DNA of 32,000 nucleotides from Candidatus Saccharimonadota bacterium (GTDB lineage Bacteria; Pseudomonadota; Alphaproteobacteria; Rickettsiales; Anaplasmataceae): NCBI RefSeq assembly GCF_013365475.1, contig NZ_CP046579.1, positions 120,001 to 152,000 of the forward strand, read 5' to 3'. Shown piece by piece: positions 29,333 to 32,000 of this stretch (position 1 is its first letter; each line of letters starts with the position of its first letter). The notes under the pieces were generated by a model. It saw only the letters and a program-made list of their open reading frames with translations, ran no database searches and was not told where the DNA came from. The position numbers and the translations under genes were made by a program.

Positions 29333-30544
29333 TTAAGACTGTTTCCTTAACCACATAAATCCAAAAATAGCAAAAAGGAGACACACAGGAATAATTGACA
29401 TTGCCTTTATTAGTAGTTCAGGACTATATACAGGATTTCCATGTATCATCGTTCCATCCCAGTAAAAATTTATTATTTTTGCAATTCCGACATGAGAAAA
29501 ATAACCAAAAATCATAATTATCATATTTGAAACAGCTGTAGCTAAACCTACTAGATTAGTGGATACATAGCTTATTGCTTTGTAAACGGTAACTACCTGA
29601 TACCCAGATGCAAAGCCAACAATGAAAAGTGTAGGAAGCACAATATATAAGCCACCAGACTGTGTAAAAAGCAAAAGAAAGCTCAAGATCATCGCAATAG
29701 AACATGCTATGATCACTTCATAGTGCCTACTTGGATATTTTTCTAGTAAGAAAGCTAAAAAAAATGCTCCAGCTCCAAAACCTATAAATATGAAAGAAGA
29801 AAGAGAAGATGCTAAATCTCCTGTGAACTGATACACTTCACACAAGAAAGGTCTTACCCAACCATCAGCAAAACCCTCTAATGGACTAATCATCAAACTA
29901 CCAAAAAAGCTAATTAGAACAATATGTTTGTTACAAAGTACCGCCTTTAAGTCTTGAAGTATATTACCATTTACATCTTTTTGTGCATTATCACTTGGTA
30001 TTGCAAAAAATAACAATAATGCGAGTAAACAACCAAATGCTGAGAAAGTATATATAACGCTATCCCAACCAAACTTATTAAGTAAGAAATCTAGAGGTAA
30101 TCCACCATAAATAGCTCCTAATAACCCTATTATTATAGATAAACTTGTCATTTTTTCTGACTTCCCCTGAGGGAAATGCATGCTTGCAATTTTGAATATT
30201 GCAATTGCTGAAGCAGATGATCCAACCCCAACGATTATTCTACCAAGTATTGAGGGATACCACTCATCAAAACATACAAGTGGCAATGCACCAACAAATG
30301 TTAAAACAGTACATATAGGTAAAGTGAGCTTTGGTCCAGATCTATCAAGCAAAAGACCAACAGGTATATGTGCTAATGTATATCCCAAATAGTATATTCC
30401 ACTAAATTGACCAATATCCATTACATTTACGTTAAACTTCGTCATTAACTCAGGTGCTATTATATTTGGAATTACACGCAATACATATTGGTATGCATAA
30501 AAGAGTGATGCTAACATCCATATCAAAAAAACTCTATGTGTCAT
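29333..30544 (-). CDS. Major facilitator superfamily transporter
   Basis: 403 aa with about 12 hydrophobic segments and an MFS loop 2-3 motif, GLLLDRSGPK. The substrate cannot be assigned from the sequence. Confidence 0.8.
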   Translation of the reverse strand: MTHRVFLIWMLASLFYAYQYVLRVIPNIIAPELMTKFNVNVMDIGQFSGIYYLGYTLAHIPVGLLLDRSGPKLTLPICTVLTFVGALPLVCFDEWYPSILGRIIVGVGSSASAIAIFKIASMHFPQGKSEKMTSLSIIIGLLGAIYGGLPLDFLLNKFGWDSVIYTFSAFGCLLALLLFFAIPSDNAQKDVNGNILQDLKAVLCNKHIVLISFFGSLMISPLEGFADGWVRPFLCEVYQFTGDLASSLSSFIFIGFGAGAFFLAFLLEKYPSRHYEVIIACSIAMILSFLLLFTQSGGLYIVLPTLFIVGFASGYQVVTVYKAISYVSTNLVGLATAVSNMIIMIFGYFSHVGIAKIINFYWDGTMIHGNPVYSPELLIKAMSIIPVCLLFAIFGFMWLRKQS

Positions 30545-31483
30545 AATCTTGTCTCAAACTTAGCATTGTAGATGGTCCGGCTATTAAAAGCAACATTCAC
30601 ATAAATATTTTTCCAACTTATTAAAGTATAGCAAAGTCAAATCCATAGTTATTACAACCAATAGAACATTTTTCAAAAAGGCTTTTCACTTTAATTTATG
30701 ATCTTTTTTACTATCTATATAACTGGTCTGTGAATAAAATAATAAAGCCATACTATAGATAAGTAAAATATTCATAATTTCACCTAAAACTTTATTTTTT
30801 TATAAAACTCATTTTACCATGCTCTATATTTCATAATAAATTTGCCTTTAATAGTACAATCTAGTATCAGAGATATTATATTTGATTGATTATTAACTAT
30901 CTTATATATAAAATAATGTAATGCTAAAACAAGTCAGATGACTAGGACGTTACAACACGCTGTAAAATCATATAAGAACATGCTAAGTAAAACTTCTCTA
31001 ATTTGTATAAAAAGATATATCATATAAAACACATAACTTTAGTGGGTGAGATAATAGAACTATCATGAGCAAATCAAACAAAGGCTATAACTAAAGATAC
31101 AGAAAGTGCATATAAAGATTCAATGTTTAATGAGATTTACTAGCTTTGTAGATATCAACACTGAACCTTTTAAACATTTACTAAAAAGTAAATTGTATTA
31201 TAAAATGCAGTAGTAAACATCATCAATTAAAAAAAACTAAGAGAAGTAAAGACCACTGGATAAATTTTTAATATGAAAAACATATAATTCAACCTATCTC
31301 GATCAAATTTTTATATGACAGATTCCTAATCATTCACTAGTAAAAACTTTCAGACCTGTCAATGCTTAATTCTACCAAAATAAGTGAAAACTAACTGTAT
31401 CATTAAAATAACTTTAATTTCAGTTAAGATACATAGATTATTGTATAGCTAAAATTATGTATAAATTATAAAAAAAAGATATG

Positions 31484-31503
31484 CTTTCTTGCTAATAAGA
31501 AAG
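31484..31503 (-). terminator. Weak candidate terminator hairpin downstream of the aminotransferase gene
   Basis: CTTTCTT / AAGAAAG 7-bp inverted repeat with a 6-nt loop. On the - strand a T8 run (31470-31477) follows after 6 nt. It lies about 170 nt after the stop at 31672. The stem is AT-rich and the T-run is not adjacent. Confidence 0.2.
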
Positions 31504-31671
31504 AATAAAAATATATAAAAGCATAAAACAGAATGGATATCACGAGTATAATGTAGGCAAAGGCTACTATCATTTTAGAGTTGCAATTCTGTTATTTTCA
31601 GCAAAATAATCGATACCAAGTACACCTTATTACATATTAATTTCATTCTATTATTAAGAAATACAAAAAAA

Positions 31672-32000
31672 TTAACTCAGCATTTCACATGCTTTTATAA
31701 TATTGTTGCACCCAATTTCTAACTGATCCTGAGAGGTTACATAAGAAACTCTGATAAAATTTTTTAGACTGAATGCAACCCCTGGAACTACAGCAACTAA
31801 ATGATCTTCCAACAAATACTCAGCGAAATCAAGGTCATTATTTATTATTTTACCACTTTTTGTACTCTTACCTAATAGATTTTTACATGAAATGAACAAA
31901 TAGAATGCACCTTGTGGAGTAAACGTTGATAGTCCTGAAACAGAGCTCAACTTTTGAGCTACAAAATCTCTGCGACTTTTAAAAGTTTTCACTCTTTCTT
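31672..32000 (-). CDS. Class I pyridoxal-phosphate-dependent aminotransferase (aspartate aminotransferase-like), C-terminal part; the gene continues beyond the window
   Basis: C-terminal motifs PQGAFYLF, VAVVPGVAF and FIRVSY. The frame stays open to the window edge, so the GTG start at 31992 in the track is an artefact. Confidence 0.8.
   Translation of the reverse strand, partial: ERVKTFKSRRDFVAQKLSSVSGLSTFTPQGAFYLFISCKNLLGKSTKSGKIINNDLDFAEYLLEDHLVAVVPGVAFSLKNFIRVSYVTSQDQLEIGCNNIIKACEMLS

Noticed and set aside
962-30392. Many 60-143-aa ORFs in the track lie antisense to or nested within the called genes. Examples: 962-1147, 1051-1245, 1184-1375, 4064-4285, 4509-4856, 4947-5183, 6373-6579, 6622-6828, 9882-10067, 11638-12069, 13696-14034, 16153-16395, 16465-16791, 17309-17518, 19047-19271, 19608-19832, 20397-20600, 20681-20920, 21932-22147, 22054-22239, 22466-22663, 22682-22969, 23127-23390, 25213-25416, 25438-25704, 25733-26029, 26202-26429, 28118-28309 and 30180-30392.
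   Set aside because: They are shadow ORFs inside genes that have strong motif support on the other strand or frame. Their translations are low-complexity or hydrophobic with no motifs.
1-32000. I scanned spacers by eye for tRNA T-arm/acceptor patterns, rRNA, tmRNA, RNase P and 4.5S conserved boxes, CRISPR repeats, IS terminal inverted repeats, and tandem repeats of the kind known from Ehrlichia ruminantium spacers.
   Set aside because: None was found. Only trivial 7-8-nt local duplications appear, for example TGCATGG TGCATGC at about 21203-21216. A by-eye scan can miss degenerate elements, so tRNAscan-SE, Infernal and TRF should be run to confirm.

Overview
By eye this is a strongly AT-rich chromosomal segment with low coding density. 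It looks like an obligate intracellular alphaproteobacterium of the Rickettsiales/Anaplasmataceae, Ehrlichia-like. That placement is an inference from the ispDF fusion, the paired signal-peptide M16 peptidases, a scattered mnhE, many genes without strong SD sequences, and kilobase-scale ORF-free spacers; no search was run. I call 24 intact CDS, 1 edge-truncated CDS and 1 frameshifted pseudogene. Twenty-four of the 26 are housekeeping: ispDF, tpiA, psd-pssA, an AGCS Na+/alanine symporter, plsY, ruvAB, mpg (frameshifted), a divergent glutaredoxin, ribF-lspA, two M16 peptidases, purN, mnhE, a TerC-family protein, guaA, purD, serS, dusB, glyA, an MFS transporter and the 3' end of a class-I aminotransferase. 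Reading by eye, I found no rRNA, tRNA, CRISPR array, IS element, prophage or long tandem repeat. The main finding is a 435-aa protein at 24404-25711, between serS and dusB. It combines an N-terminal double-transmembrane hairpin with a clear eukaryote-like Ulp1/SENP (clan CE, C48) cysteine-protease core: HHW...CDS...QQSDGYNCG. This architecture is that of a vacuole-membrane-anchored deubiquitinase/deSUMOylase-type effector. Secondary items are a single-C insertion in a C6 run that splits mpg, a 28-bp perfect palindrome abutting the mpg start, an unassignable 289-aa orphan protein, an active/inactive M16 peptidase pair, and four ORF-free spacers longer than 1.1 kb that look like decayed genes.
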